A DNA stretch of 64,000 nt from an uncultured delta proteobacterium (GTDB lineage Bacteria > Myxococcota_A > Polyangia > Polyangiales > B10-G4): positions 192,001 through 256,000 of the forward strand of contig CAVSGI010000006.1 of assembly GCA_963727445.1 (NCBI GenBank), in the 5' to 3' direction. The position numbers were made by a program, and so were the translations under genes. The notes beneath the pieces were generated by a model, which was given only the letters and a program-made list of their open reading frames with translations, searched no databases and was not told the origin of the DNA. Below are positions 13,952 through 23,457 of this stretch, piece by piece (the first letter of the stretch is position 1; every line of letters begins with the position of its first letter).

Positions 13952-14543
13952 TCAGGACTCGGTGATCTCGAAGGAAACGCGCCCGATCACGGCCCCTTCG
14001 TCGGTCTCGACGACGGCTTCCCACCGGCCCGGCTCGGTGATCATTCGCGACAGAGCCCAGGTTCGCCATCGGGGGGCCTCGCTGGGGACGTCGAGGTCGA
14101 CCAGGCCCATCTGCTCACCCGTGGGCGACTCGAAGATGACCCGCACCGAGCGATCTTCGTCTGTCGCGTTGGCCACGTCGACGAAGGCGAAGAGCGGCGC
14201 CTCTTCGTTGACAAAGGCCTGGGCCGGATCGACCGGCTCGCGGTTTTGGACCGCGCGACTCAGCGCGAAGCGGCGCAGCGTGAGCCCATCTTCGGAGTAG
14301 AGCTCCGGGGCTGGCGGGGTCAGCGAGTCCGCGTCTTCGACGATGGGCTCTGTCACCTCGGCAATCGGGGCCGGGGCGGGCGGAGGCGACGTGGGCTCCT
14401 CCAGAACGAGGGGAAGGGAGGGCTCGCTCGAGGAGGGGAGCTGAGCGCTCGCGGTGGGCTCGGGGGTGCTGCTGCGTTCCCCGCAACCGAGCGCGGTGAG
14501 CGAGACCAGGAGGAATCGCGAGGGGGAGGGAGGGGTGCTTCAT
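13952..14543 (-). CDS. DUF2914-domain lipoprotein; frameshift in the signal peptide
   Basis: AVQNREPVD, RWRTWALSR, PGRWEAVVE. The frame extends upstream to FLLVSLTALGC, and ATG 14543 is one base out of frame across a C-rich run. Confidence 0.8.
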
Positions 14544-14818
14544 GGGGACTCCGGGGTTGGGGTTTCGATCGGCCGAAAGGCCGACGCCCCCGAAATCGCA
14601 AGTCCCTCACCACCGAATGCACGCCGAAACATCGAATGATTTCGAGACCGACCGCCCGTCAGGCGTGTCCAGCTGCGCGCGCTCGTGTGGGTGGATGTAC
14701 GCGATCTTGGCGCCTCATCGGCTCCACTGGCGACCTTTCGCCCAGCCACCGGCAACTACAGGCGCCACCTCATTTCACACAAATACGGAAATACAAAGGT
14801 CCGTTGACGGCGAAATCC

Positions 14819-14834
14819 TGGCCCGGCGCGTGCA
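14819..14834 (+). promoter_or_regulatory. Candidate sigma54 (-24/-12) promoter
   Basis: TGGCCCG-GCGC-GTGCA, correct GG-N10-GC spacing, 40 bp before ATG 14875. Confidence 0.55.
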
Positions 14835-14874
14835 TGTGTGCACGACACCTACACTCCTCGGAGGAAGACGAGTC

Positions 14875-15798
14875 ATGAAACGAAGTTACAGGCGGGGCCT
14901 GGGGATCTCCATCACCCCTCTCCTCATCGCCCTATCGATGATGGGTTGTTACGCGACTGTGGATCCGGTGGGGTCGAGCGAGGGGCCGCTCTTGGTGTGT
15001 GGCGCCAAGAGCGACTCCATCGAGACGGCCGCCGATGGAACCCCCATCGGCAGCCTCGACGTGTCCAACGATGACGACAGCGTCAACTTCTCGATCACGA
15101 CCACCACGCCGATCGTCGGGGTACGCCTCTATGCTGGCGCGCCGGTAGACGAAGGGGGTCCCATTCCCTTCGCAGATGGTGACCTGGTGCTGTCGAACGT
15201 CGACGAGAGCTTTCCGCCGACGACCTCGCGCAGCTACGACATTCCCTTCGCGGACCTGGCGCTCACCTGTACCTCGCATGTGAAGTTCGTCGTCAAGCTG
15301 ATCCTCGAAGACGGATCCGTCGCTTGGGCTTACAGCGACAACTCCGACTACATCTACTGGAACGGCGACATCCCCTGGGACATCTACCAGGCCTGTGAGG
15401 ACAGCTGCACCCCGCCCACCAGCAGCGGCTGCACCTACACCCAGGGATACTGGAAGAACCATCGGTCGGCGTGGCCCACGAGCTCCCTCGACCTCGGCGG
15501 CGTGACCTACGATCAGACGGAGCTCATTCGTCTGCTCAAGACCGCGCCCCGCGGAGACGAGAGCCTGATCCTGGCCCACCAGCTGATCGCGGCCAAGCTC
15601 AACGTCGGAGGACCGGCGAGCGATCCCGACGTCGGGGCGCTCATCGCGGCGGCTGATGCGTGGCTGGCGGACAACGCCGATGCCGACGGGCGCCTTCCCT
15701 TCGGGGGCGGCAGCGCGACGCGCAGCACCGCCATCCTGCTCGCGAGCCAGCTCGATGCGTTCAACAACGGAGTGACCGGCCCCGGCCACTGCGACTGA
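14875..15798 (+). CDS. Hypothetical lipoprotein/secreted protein
   Basis: RBS GGAGG, signal peptide ending SMMGC, C-terminal domain GCTYTQGYWKNH..LAHQLIAAKLN..LDAFNNG. Confidence 0.8.
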   Translation: MKRSYRRGLGISITPLLIALSMMGCYATVDPVGSSEGPLLVCGAKSDSIETAADGTPIGSLDVSNDDDSVNFSITTTTPIVGVRLYAGAPVDEGGPIPFADGDLVLSNVDESFPPTTSRSYDIPFADLALTCTSHVKFVVKLILEDGSVAWAYSDNSDYIYWNGDIPWDIYQACEDSCTPPTSSGCTYTQGYWKNHRSAWPTSSLDLGGVTYDQTELIRLLKTAPRGDESLILAHQLIAAKLNVGGPASDPDVGALIAAADAWLADNADADGRLPFGGGSATRSTAILLASQLDAFNNGVTGPGHCD

Positions 15799-15819
15799 TC
15801 CGCTTCGACACCAAGAGGA

Positions 15820-15854
15820 ACGCCCGGACCGTCATCGGTCCGGGCGTCTTCGTT
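15820..15854 (+). terminator. Hairpin, probable terminator
   Basis: 12-bp stem acgcccggaccg/cggtccgggcgt followed by cttcgtt. Confidence 0.65.
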
Positions 15855-15915
15855 CCTGGACCCCGAAGCGGTGGGCGTGATGGAAGGCCGCGACTCAATC
15901 GCAAGAGGAGGAGTG

Positions 15916-16947
15916 ATGGCATCGACGGACGAGCGATCCTTCACGCGCGGACTTCACGAGGTCGGCGACGGGATCTACGCCTACCTTCAACCCGATGGCT
16001 CGTGGGGCTGGGCGAACGCGGGGCTCGTCACCGACGCAGAGCAGTCGCTCCTCGTGGACACGCTCTACGGAAACGCGATGACCCAGCGCATGCTGGACGA
16101 GATGGCGCGTCGCGATCCGGCGGCTCGCGCCATCGACTTCGTGGTGAACACCCACGCCAACGGCGACCACTGCTGGGGCAATCAGCTGGTCTCGACGGCC
16201 GAGATTCTCGCGACGAAGAAGTGTGCCGACGAGATGATGGAGCTCGCGCCGCGCCTGCAGTCGACGCTGGTGAAGGTCTCCAAGATCGCGGCGCGAGGGG
16301 GGCGCCCCGCGAAGCTCCTCCTCCGCGGCCTCGGCCGCCTCGGCCTCCATCAGCTCGGCGCGGTCGGCGTGGCGGCGGACTTCGTCGCGGACATCTTCGG
16401 CGACTTCGACTTCGACGGCATCGAGCTGACCCCGCCCACTCAGACCTTCGAAGGGGAGTACGAGCTGGCAGTCGGCGACAAGCGCGTCGTCCTGATCGAG
16501 GTCGGGCCAGCGCATACGCGCGGTGACGCCATCGTCCACGTGCCCGATGACAGAGTCGTCTACACGGGTGACCTGCTCTTCGCGAACGCACACCCGATCG
16601 TGTGGGAAGGGCCGGTCGACAACTGGATTCGCGGGTGCGAGCGGATCGCGGCGATGGACGTCGACGTCGTGGTTCCAGGCCACGGTCCGCTGAGCACGGT
16701 GGAGGACCTCGAGACCGTCGCCGCCTACCTCCGCTTCGTTCGAGACGAGGCCACCGCCCGTTACGAAGCGGGGATGAGCGTCCTCGAGGCCGCCCTCGAC
16801 ATCGACCTCTCCGATTACGGCGACTGGGGCGAGCCCGAGCGCGTCGTCGTCAACGTCGAGACGATCTACGCCGAGCTCGGCGACGGCGCCCCGCGCGATC
16901 CGGTCGAGATGTTCGCGCAGATGGCGCGCTTCATGGCGCGGCGCTGA
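15916..16947 (+). CDS. MBL-fold metallo-hydrolase (cyclase-like)
   Basis: NTHANGDHCWGN, PAHTRGD, YTGDLLF, VPGHG; RBS GAGGAG. Confidence 0.92.
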   Translation: MASTDERSFTRGLHEVGDGIYAYLQPDGSWGWANAGLVTDAEQSLLVDTLYGNAMTQRMLDEMARRDPAARAIDFVVNTHANGDHCWGNQLVSTAEILATKKCADEMMELAPRLQSTLVKVSKIAARGGRPAKLLLRGLGRLGLHQLGAVGVAADFVADIFGDFDFDGIELTPPTQTFEGEYELAVGDKRVVLIEVGPAHTRGDAIVHVPDDRVVYTGDLLFANAHPIVWEGPVDNWIRGCERIAAMDVDVVVPGHGPLSTVEDLETVAAYLRFVRDEATARYEAGMSVLEAALDIDLSDYGDWGEPERVVVNVETIYAELGDGAPRDPVEMFAQMARFMARR

Positions 16948-16961
16948 GCGCTGGCCCGCTG

Positions 16962-17965
16962 TCAGAGCGTGTCGCGGAGCAGCACGTCGCAGTAGTAGCG
17001 GACGCGCTCGACGATCCTGCCGTGGGGACGCTCGTGGATGTTCTTGCGGAGCGCGAGCAGGACCCGGCGCTGCATGGTGTAGTTGTTCTTGATGCGCTTC
17101 GGCGTCTTGGCGCCGGCTTCGGCGAGTGGCTCGAGCAGTGTCTCGCGTGGGTTGCCCCAGGCGCTCAGGTCCTCGTCGCTGAGCTGGCTCAGGATCTCGA
17201 TGCCGAGCTCGAGCTTCCTTTCGTCCGCGGCGAGCTCGTCGGCCCACTTGTGTACCGACGCGGCGTTGGGGCGCTTGTGTCGCTCGACGCCGATCGGATC
17301 GCCGGCGCCTTTCTTCTCGCCGTCGAAGCGCTCACCGTAGTCGACCGCTTCGGGCTCGTTCTGTAGCCCGACGAAAGCGAAGATGCGCTCCATGTGGAGC
17401 TCCGGGTCGGCGACGAGATCCTCGTAGCGCACGTGGAGCACCGGCACCGGGCGATTGCGCAAGAGGGCCGCGATCGCCGGGACGTAGCGCTCGACGACGG
17501 GGTTGTAGCGCCGGGCCTCCTCCCAGTCGCCTTCGAAGAAGCTGTTGGCGTAGGAGCTGAAGACCGCGAGGGGATGGCGGGTGAGCGCGACGTATTTGGC
17601 CTCGGGGTAGAGCTTCGTCAGGAAGGGGAGCACCAGCGCATAGGCCGGGGTCTTGTCGACGAAGCGCGACTTGTCGCTGGTGGCCAGCATGCGGCCGTAC
17701 ATGGTGTCGGTGTAGGCCCTGAGGGCGTCGAGGTAGTCCTCCTCGCCGCGGGGCAGGCCGGCCACGTACTGGCGGATGGCTTCGGCGGAGTTGATGTGGT
17801 CGTAGGGGGCGGCGTCGACGCGGTCGTGATAGCCGAGGTAGGCGAGGGGGGTGATCAGGTGCGGCTCGGGATGGGTGAAGACCTCCGAGTGTGAACCGAG
17901 CATTCGCTGCAGGAGCGTGGAGCCCGCGCGCGGGGGGAGACGACGAAGATGAGCTTGTCTTGCAT
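16962..17965 (-). CDS. Sulfotransferase; frameshift in the G6 run at about 17932-17937
   Basis: Adding one base gives MQDKLIFVVSPPRAGSTLLQRMLGSH (PAPS-binding loop); also VDKTP, RHPLAVFSS, VRYEDLV. Confidence 0.9.
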
Positions 17966-18096
17966 GGCATCGTGCCCGATGAAGATCTCGCGGCTGCTCC
18001 CTGGTAGCTGGACCCTCCGGGCCCGACAAGTCAAACTTTCCGAACAGATGCGGGCGTGCTACACGCCTCGTCCCCCGTGACCTGAGGTCGCAAACG

Positions 18097-19479
18097 ATGA
18101 CCCTTCCCGTGATGAAAGACGAAGCCGAGTTTCCTCACGCTCGGCCCTCCGTGCCGCCCGAATCGCTCGAGCACCGAAACCTCCTCGAGGGTGATTTCTG
18201 GCGCCGGATCCCTGCCTTCAAAGACGTGACCGAGGAGGAGTTCCTCGATCACCGCTGGCAGATGAAGAACACGATCACCAAACCCGAGAAGCTGCTCGCG
18301 AAGGTGCAGAACCTGGTCAGCGACGCCTTCATCGAGGATTGCCGAGAGGGCTTCCGGCTCGCGCCGATGGCCGTTCGGGTGAGCCCGTACCTGCTGAGCC
18401 TCATCGACTGGGACAACCCCTGGGACGATCCGCTTCGCCTGCAGTTCATCCCGCTCGGCTCGACCCGTCTGCCGGATCACCCGAAGCTCACCCTCGACTC
18501 CCTCGCCGAGCAGGAGGATGCGCCGGTCTCCGGTCTCACCCACCGCTACCCGGACAAGGCGCTCTTCCTCGCCCTCGACACCTGCCCGGTCTACTGCCGC
18601 TTCTGCACCCGCAGCTACGCGGTGGGCCCGGATCAGGAGAACGTCGAGAAGGTCAGCCTCAAGGCGAAGAACGATCGCTGGGAGCAGGTCTTCGCCTATC
18701 TCCGGTCGCGCCCGGAGGTCGAGGACGTGGTGATCAGCGGCGGCGACAGTTGGAACCTGCGCGCCGATCAGATCGAGGCGATCGGCAACGCTCTCATCGA
18801 CATCCCGCACATCCGCCGGATGCGCTTCGCGAGCAAGGGGCCCGCGGTGATGCCTCAGAAGGTGCTCACCGACGACGCATGGGTGAAGGCCTTCGTCGGG
18901 ATCGTCGAGCGGGGGCGCAAGGAGCAGACGGACGTGATGCTCCACACGCACTTCAACAACGCGAACGAGATCACCGACATCACCCGACGCGCCATGAACC
19001 GTCTCTTCGAAAACGGCGTCGTGATCCGGAATCAGTCGGTGCTACAGCGGCGCGTCAACGACACCGCGGCGTCCATGGGCAAGCTCGTCAAGCGCCTGAG
19101 CTGGATCAACATCCACCCCTACTACGTCTACGTGCACGACCTGGTGCGCGGCACGGAGGAGCTCAGGACCCGTGTCCAGCGCGCCCTCGAGCTCGAAAAC
19201 CACGTCCGCGGGATGACCGCCGGCTTCAACACGCCGACCTTCGTCGTCGACGCTCCTGGCGGCGGCGGCAAGCGCACCGCCAGCGACTACGAAGCTTACG
19301 ACCGCACCACGGGCATCAGCGTCTACACCGCGCCCTCGGTCAAGCCCGGTCGCTTCTTCCTCTACTTCGATCCCATCGACCTGCTCCCCGAAGAGGGCCA
19401 GGCCCGCTGGGCCGACCCCGAGCAGCACCACCTGATGATCGACGAAGCGATCCAGATGGCCAAAGACGCCCCCCGCTAA
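18097..19479 (+). CDS. KamA family radical SAM 2,3-aminomutase-like protein
   Basis: LTHRYPDK, CPVYCRFCTR, ISGGD, THFN, NQSVLQR, DAPGGGGK. Confidence 0.93.
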   Translation: MTLPVMKDEAEFPHARPSVPPESLEHRNLLEGDFWRRIPAFKDVTEEEFLDHRWQMKNTITKPEKLLAKVQNLVSDAFIEDCREGFRLAPMAVRVSPYLLSLIDWDNPWDDPLRLQFIPLGSTRLPDHPKLTLDSLAEQEDAPVSGLTHRYPDKALFLALDTCPVYCRFCTRSYAVGPDQENVEKVSLKAKNDRWEQVFAYLRSRPEVEDVVISGGDSWNLRADQIEAIGNALIDIPHIRRMRFASKGPAVMPQKVLTDDAWVKAFVGIVERGRKEQTDVMLHTHFNNANEITDITRRAMNRLFENGVVIRNQSVLQRRVNDTAASMGKLVKRLSWINIHPYYVYVHDLVRGTEELRTRVQRALELENHVRGMTAGFNTPTFVVDAPGGGGKRTASDYEAYDRTTGISVYTAPSVKPGRFFLYFDPIDLLPEEGQARWADPEQHHLMIDEAIQMAKDAPR

Positions 19480-19484
19480 CAGCC

Positions 19485-19574
19485 GGGGACGCTAGATTGA
19501 CAATTGACTTTCTCGGCGACCGCGGCGCGCGCCGGCGGCTGGTGGGGGAAGTCGATTGTCAATCTAGCGTCCCC
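19485..19574. repeat. 90-bp palindromic MITE/REPIN-like element
   Basis: ggggacgctagattgacaattgactt pairs with aagtcgattgtcaatctagcgtcccc (26 bp, 1 mismatch). Confidence 0.8.
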
Positions 19575-20376
19575 TGGGCCTGGACACGATGATCTGTGAT
19601 TCGCTCTCGGGGCCGAGGGCGCCGCCTTCGAAGTCGCCGTAGCGCTCGAGGAGCGTGAAGTCGTTGTAGTGGAGCAGCGCTTCGAGCTCCTGCGGGAAGA
19701 TCTGGCGATGGGCGAGGGGGGTGATGAAGAAGCCCTCGGGCTCGCCCTCGGGCTCGCCCTCGGGCTGGAAGACCATGGTGATCATCTCGATCTGCGTGAC
19801 CGGGTCGTACTCGAAGCTCTCTCCATAACGGTAGCGCCGGCCGTCTTCGGGGCGGCGCACCGGGCGGGAGCGGTAGGTCCGCTGCGGGTCGCGGCTCAGC
19901 TCGACCAGGTCCGGCAGGCGCACGTCGAACACCAGACGCCCGCGCCGGCCGAGATGCACCTTCACCGTCTTCAGAGCGCGCTCCCAGTCCTTCCGCTCGT
20001 AGAGGTGCATGAAGACGTTGAAGGGGGCGATGACGAGGGGGAAGCGGCGCTGTAGACGCAGGCGCAGCAGATCGCCCTTCTTCAGCGTCACCCGGCCCTT
20101 CACCTTTCGCGGCTCCTTTTCGAGTCGCTGCTTCGCGCGCTCCAACATCTCCGGCACCCGGTCCACGCCGACGACCTCGATGCCGCGCTTCGCGATCTCC
20201 ACCGCAACGCGACCGGTGCCGACCCCGAGCTCCAGCACCGGCCCGCCGAATCGCTCGGCGACGTCCGCGTAGAAGCGCACGTCTTCCTTGCGGCGCTTGT
20301 AAGCCGAGTCGTAGTACGCCGCGTCGATGTAGTGGGCTTCGGTTCCCGCGGCGACGCGCGGATCCTTCGAGGTCAT
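19564..20376 (-). CDS. Class I SAM-dependent methyltransferase
   Basis: GPVLELGVGTGRV, GVDRVPEML, FPLVIAPFN. Confidence 0.92.
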   Translation of the reverse strand: MTSKDPRVAAGTEAHYIDAAYYDSAYKRRKEDVRFYADVAERFGGPVLELGVGTGRVAVEIAKRGIEVVGVDRVPEMLERAKQRLEKEPRKVKGRVTLKKGDLLRLRLQRRFPLVIAPFNVFMHLYERKDWERALKTVKVHLGRRGRLVFDVRLPDLVELSRDPQRTYRSRPVRRPEDGRRYRYGESFEYDPVTQIEMITMVFQPEGEPEGEPEGFFITPLAHRQIFPQELEALLHYNDFTLLERYGDFEGGALGPESESQIIVSRPRGR

Positions 20377-20395
20377 CGTCGAACCATCCGCGAGG

Positions 20396-20986
20396 TCACG
20401 GCACGTCCTCGCCGCGCACCTCGAACTCGCTCGGGTCGTAGACCTCGCCAGGCACGTCCAGGAAGTCCGGCATGTCGCTCAGGATGTCGCCGAGGCCCAT
20501 CCGCGAGACCTTCCAGTCGTCGCCTACCTGCACCATCGTGAACTCGACCTCCCGCTCGTAGGGCCGGCCGAGGAAGTCCCCCACCGCCGCGCCGCGCAGG
20601 ATGATGCCGCCCTCGATGTCCTCGCTCTCCGAGATCTGGAGCTCGAGGCGGCTCGTCGCCATCGTGTCCCAGACCTGCGATTTGACGGCGCGCTCCTCCT
20701 GGGTGAGCGCCGCGTCCTCTTCCTGCCGGAAGATCACCGCCTCGAGGGCGCCGTCGACCGCCAGGTCCCGGCACAGCACGTGGTCACGCTTGCGCCAGGC
20801 GTCGAGGAAGGTCTCGGCCGCGGCCTCCGGTGTGCGCGTATCGACGGGGATCTCGTGCGGGCTCGCGGGCGCTTCGGCCTCCACCTCGCCGTTCGAACCG
20901 GTCGCCATCACCGCGACCACGCCGACGGAGATCATCCCCGAGGCGAGCGCCAGGACGACGGGGGTGGACAGGCGGCGTGCGGCCAT
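20396..20986 (-). CDS. Hypothetical membrane-anchored protein (NTF2-like?)
   Basis: N-terminal TM, TPEAAAETFLDAW..WKVSRM, strong codon bias. Confidence 0.75.
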   Translation of the reverse strand: MAARRLSTPVVLALASGMISVGVVAVMATGSNGEVEAEAPASPHEIPVDTRTPEAAAETFLDAWRKRDHVLCRDLAVDGALEAVIFRQEEDAALTQEERAVKSQVWDTMATSRLELQISESEDIEGGIILRGAAVGDFLGRPYEREVEFTMVQVGDDWKVSRMGLGDILSDMPDFLDVPGEVYDPSEFEVRGEDVP

Positions 20987-21055
20987 CGCGAGGAGCTATA
21001 GCAGACGCAGCGCGCTCCGGCTCAGAGACCCGCGCGCCGGCGGCCGGGACCCCGC

Positions 21056-21850
21056 CTAGCGCCGCGCGCGGAGGATCGCCTCGGCGAGCTCGGCGAAGCC
21101 CCGGCCGCGATCGCCGCGCGCGATCCACCGCGGCGCCTTCGGGAGCCTCTCCACGTGGTCCTTCACGTTCGCCACACCCACCGTCAGATCGAAGAACGAA
21201 AAGGCCGCCGCGTCGTTGCCGCTGTCTCCGACGAAGAGCCAGCGCGCCTTGGCCTCTGCCTGGCTCACGCCGAGGACGCCTTCGAGCGCGCGCACCGCCC
21301 CCTTGGCCTTGTCCCAATCGCCCATCACCGCGTGCGCGTGAACGCTCGAGACGGGCACCGGCGTCCGCCCCCCCTCGTCAACGATGATCGCGCACAGAGC
21401 GCGGAGCGTCTCTTCGTCGAGCGTCATCGTCTCGCCCACGTCGAAGGCGAGGTCCGCGCGCCGCGCGCCCTGATCGTTCGCTACCCGCACCTCGGGAAGC
21501 TCGCGCGCCACCCGCGCACGGATGCGCTCGAGCGCCTCTGCCTGCCGCGCGCGCTCCGCGTGGTCGTGGAAGTACCCCTCGGTGATCACCCCGTCGTCGC
21601 AGACAATCCAGCCCGCGCCGTTCTCGCCCACCGCCAGCGCGACCGGCCACTGGCGCGCGAAGACGTCCGCCCAACCAATCGGGCGCCCGGTCACCGCCGC
21701 GAGCGGCACGCCGGCGTCCGCGAGCCTCCACATCGCCTGGTATGCCTCGAGCTCGAGTCGACCGTGTCGCGTCACCGTGTCGTCGACGTCGAAGACCACG
21801 CCCGCGACGCCGGCGAGGAGCGCCTCTGGCGCGTCGGCGAGCGGGTCCAC
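21056..21850 (-). CDS. HAD-superfamily hydrolase (IIB type)
   Basis: FDVDDTVT, VTGRP, WDKAKG, FVGDSGND. Confidence 0.9.
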   Translation of the reverse strand: MDPLADAPEALLAGVAGVVFDVDDTVTRHGRLELEAYQAMWRLADAGVPLAAVTGRPIGWADVFARQWPVALAVGENGAGWIVCDDGVITEGYFHDHAERARQAEALERIRARVARELPEVRVANDQGARRADLAFDVGETMTLDEETLRALCAIIVDEGGRTPVPVSSVHAHAVMGDWDKAKGAVRALEGVLGVSQAEAKARWLFVGDSGNDAAAFSFFDLTVGVANVKDHVERLPKAPRWIARGDRGRGFAELAEAILRARR

Positions 21851-23038
21851 TCAGTCCACCTTCAGGATGGCCATCTTCAGGTAGCGCCCCTCGGGGAATG
21901 CGGCCGGCGTCGGGTGGTCGGGCCCCTGCTGACCCGTGTAGAGCAGGGTCACCCGCCGGCGCGCGTCCTTGGCCGCGAGTCCGATGGTGCGCAGAAAACC
22001 CCCGGACTTGACCGCGCCAGAGCAGGAGCAACTCACCAAGAGGCCTCCGCGCTCGACCACTCTCAGAGCCGCCGCGTTCAAGCGCCGGTAGGCCTTCCGC
22101 CCCGACTCGAGGTGGCGCGAGGTGGGGGCGAGCTTCGGCGGATCGATGATCACCATGTCGTAGCGCTGACCCTTCTGACGGAGGTCCGGCAGCGTGCGCT
22201 TCACGTCCGCTTTCGTGAACTCGATCAGGTCGCCGTATCCGTGATGCGCGGCGAGCGTGGCGCCTGTCGCGATGGCGGGCGCAGAGCTGTCCATCGACAG
22301 GACGCTCTTCGCCCCACCGCGCGCAGCGGCGAGCGCGAATCCGCCCACGTAGCTGTACGCGTCGAGCACCGTGCGTCCTTCGGAGAGGCGCTCGACCAGC
22401 CCACGGTTGTCGCGTTGGTCGAAGTAGTATCCCGTCTTCTGCGCGATGCTCAGCGGCACTTCAATCTCGAAGCCGCGCTCGCGGAAGTTCAGCCGCTCGA
22501 CGTCCGGTCCGCGCACCACCGCCGTCTCCGACTCGAAACCCTCGAGACGTTGCATGCGCTCGGAGGCGACCTCGACGATGGTCTGCGCGCCGGTGACGCG
22601 GGCGACGTGCGCGAAGACATCCTGCTCCCGCCGCTTCATGCCGGCGGTGAGGAGCTGCACGACTGCGACGTTGCCGTAGATGTCGACGATCAAGCCGGCG
22701 AGCTCGTCTCCCTCGGCATGGATCAGCCGATAGCCGGTGGTGTCCTCGTTCGGGAGCTTCAGGATCTCCTTTCGCCATTGGGCGGCGGCCTCGAGGCGCT
22801 TGCCCAGAAAGGCTGCGTCGAGGGTGTCGTCCTCCCCGCGCGCGATGATGCGCACCGGGATGGCGCTCTTCGGCGACCAGTACCCCTTGCCGATGAACTG
22901 ACCGCGCGCGTCGATGACCGTGACCACGTCGCCGGGGCCGGGCGCTCCATCAATCTCTTCGATGGCTTGTTTGAACACCCACGGGTGGCCGGCCCAGATG
23001 GGCTGGACGTGCCCGGAGCGCAGGCGAACCTTGGCCAT
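21851..23038 (-). CDS. rlmI: RlmI-family rRNA methyltransferase with PUA domain
   Basis: GHPWVF, YRLIHAEGD, QKTGYYFDQRDNR, YSYVGGFAL, IIDPPK, SCSCS, PDHP. Confidence 0.9.
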   Translation of the reverse strand: MAKVRLRSGHVQPIWAGHPWVFKQAIEEIDGAPGPGDVVTVIDARGQFIGKGYWSPKSAIPVRIIARGEDDTLDAAFLGKRLEAAAQWRKEILKLPNEDTTGYRLIHAEGDELAGLIVDIYGNVAVVQLLTAGMKRREQDVFAHVARVTGAQTIVEVASERMQRLEGFESETAVVRGPDVERLNFRERGFEIEVPLSIAQKTGYYFDQRDNRGLVERLSEGRTVLDAYSYVGGFALAAARGGAKSVLSMDSSAPAIATGATLAAHHGYGDLIEFTKADVKRTLPDLRQKGQRYDMVIIDPPKLAPTSRHLESGRKAYRRLNAAALRVVERGGLLVSCSCSGAVKSGGFLRTIGLAAKDARRRVTLLYTGQQGPDHPTPAAFPEGRYLKMAILKVD

Positions 23039-23177
23039 CTCCCTGATCTGTACCACGGTGAGCGCAATCCCCGCGTGATCTTTGAAAGAGTTGGTCGAAG
23101 GTCTTGCTCTTCGGGCTCAACCCCACTAAATTTTCGCCCCTGTTCAGGCGGGCAACAAGGCCCGCGTTGGAGGCAGC

Positions 23178-23429
23178 GTGCCGAACCTCGGAATGGGTGA
23201 GCTCATAATCATCCTGATCATCGTGATGCTCATTTTCGGGGCGAGCCGCCTGCCGCAGCTCGGTGAGAGCATGGGAAAGGCCATCCGCGGGCTGAAGCGT
23301 GGCCTGAACACCGACGACGACATCGACGTCACCCCCAAGGACAAGCAGGTCGAGGAGTCTTCGAGCGCCAAGTCCCTGAAGGACGACGCCGACGTGCGGG
23401 ACGCGGAGATCGTCGAAAAGAAGGACTGA
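23178..23429 (+). CDS. tatA: Twin-arginine translocase TatA/E subunit
   Basis: ELIIILIIVMLIFGASRLPQLGESMGKAIRGLK. Confidence 0.95.
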   Translation: MPNLGMGELIIILIIVMLIFGASRLPQLGESMGKAIRGLKRGLNTDDDIDVTPKDKQVEESSSAKSLKDDADVRDAEIVEKKD

Positions 23430-23457
23430 ACGCAAGTCCTCGAAATCAGGGCGAGAT

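Noticed and set aside
19732..19766. 12-bp unit repeated three times in the methyltransferase (PEGEPEGEPEG)
   Set aside because: Short in-frame loop duplication with no further significance.
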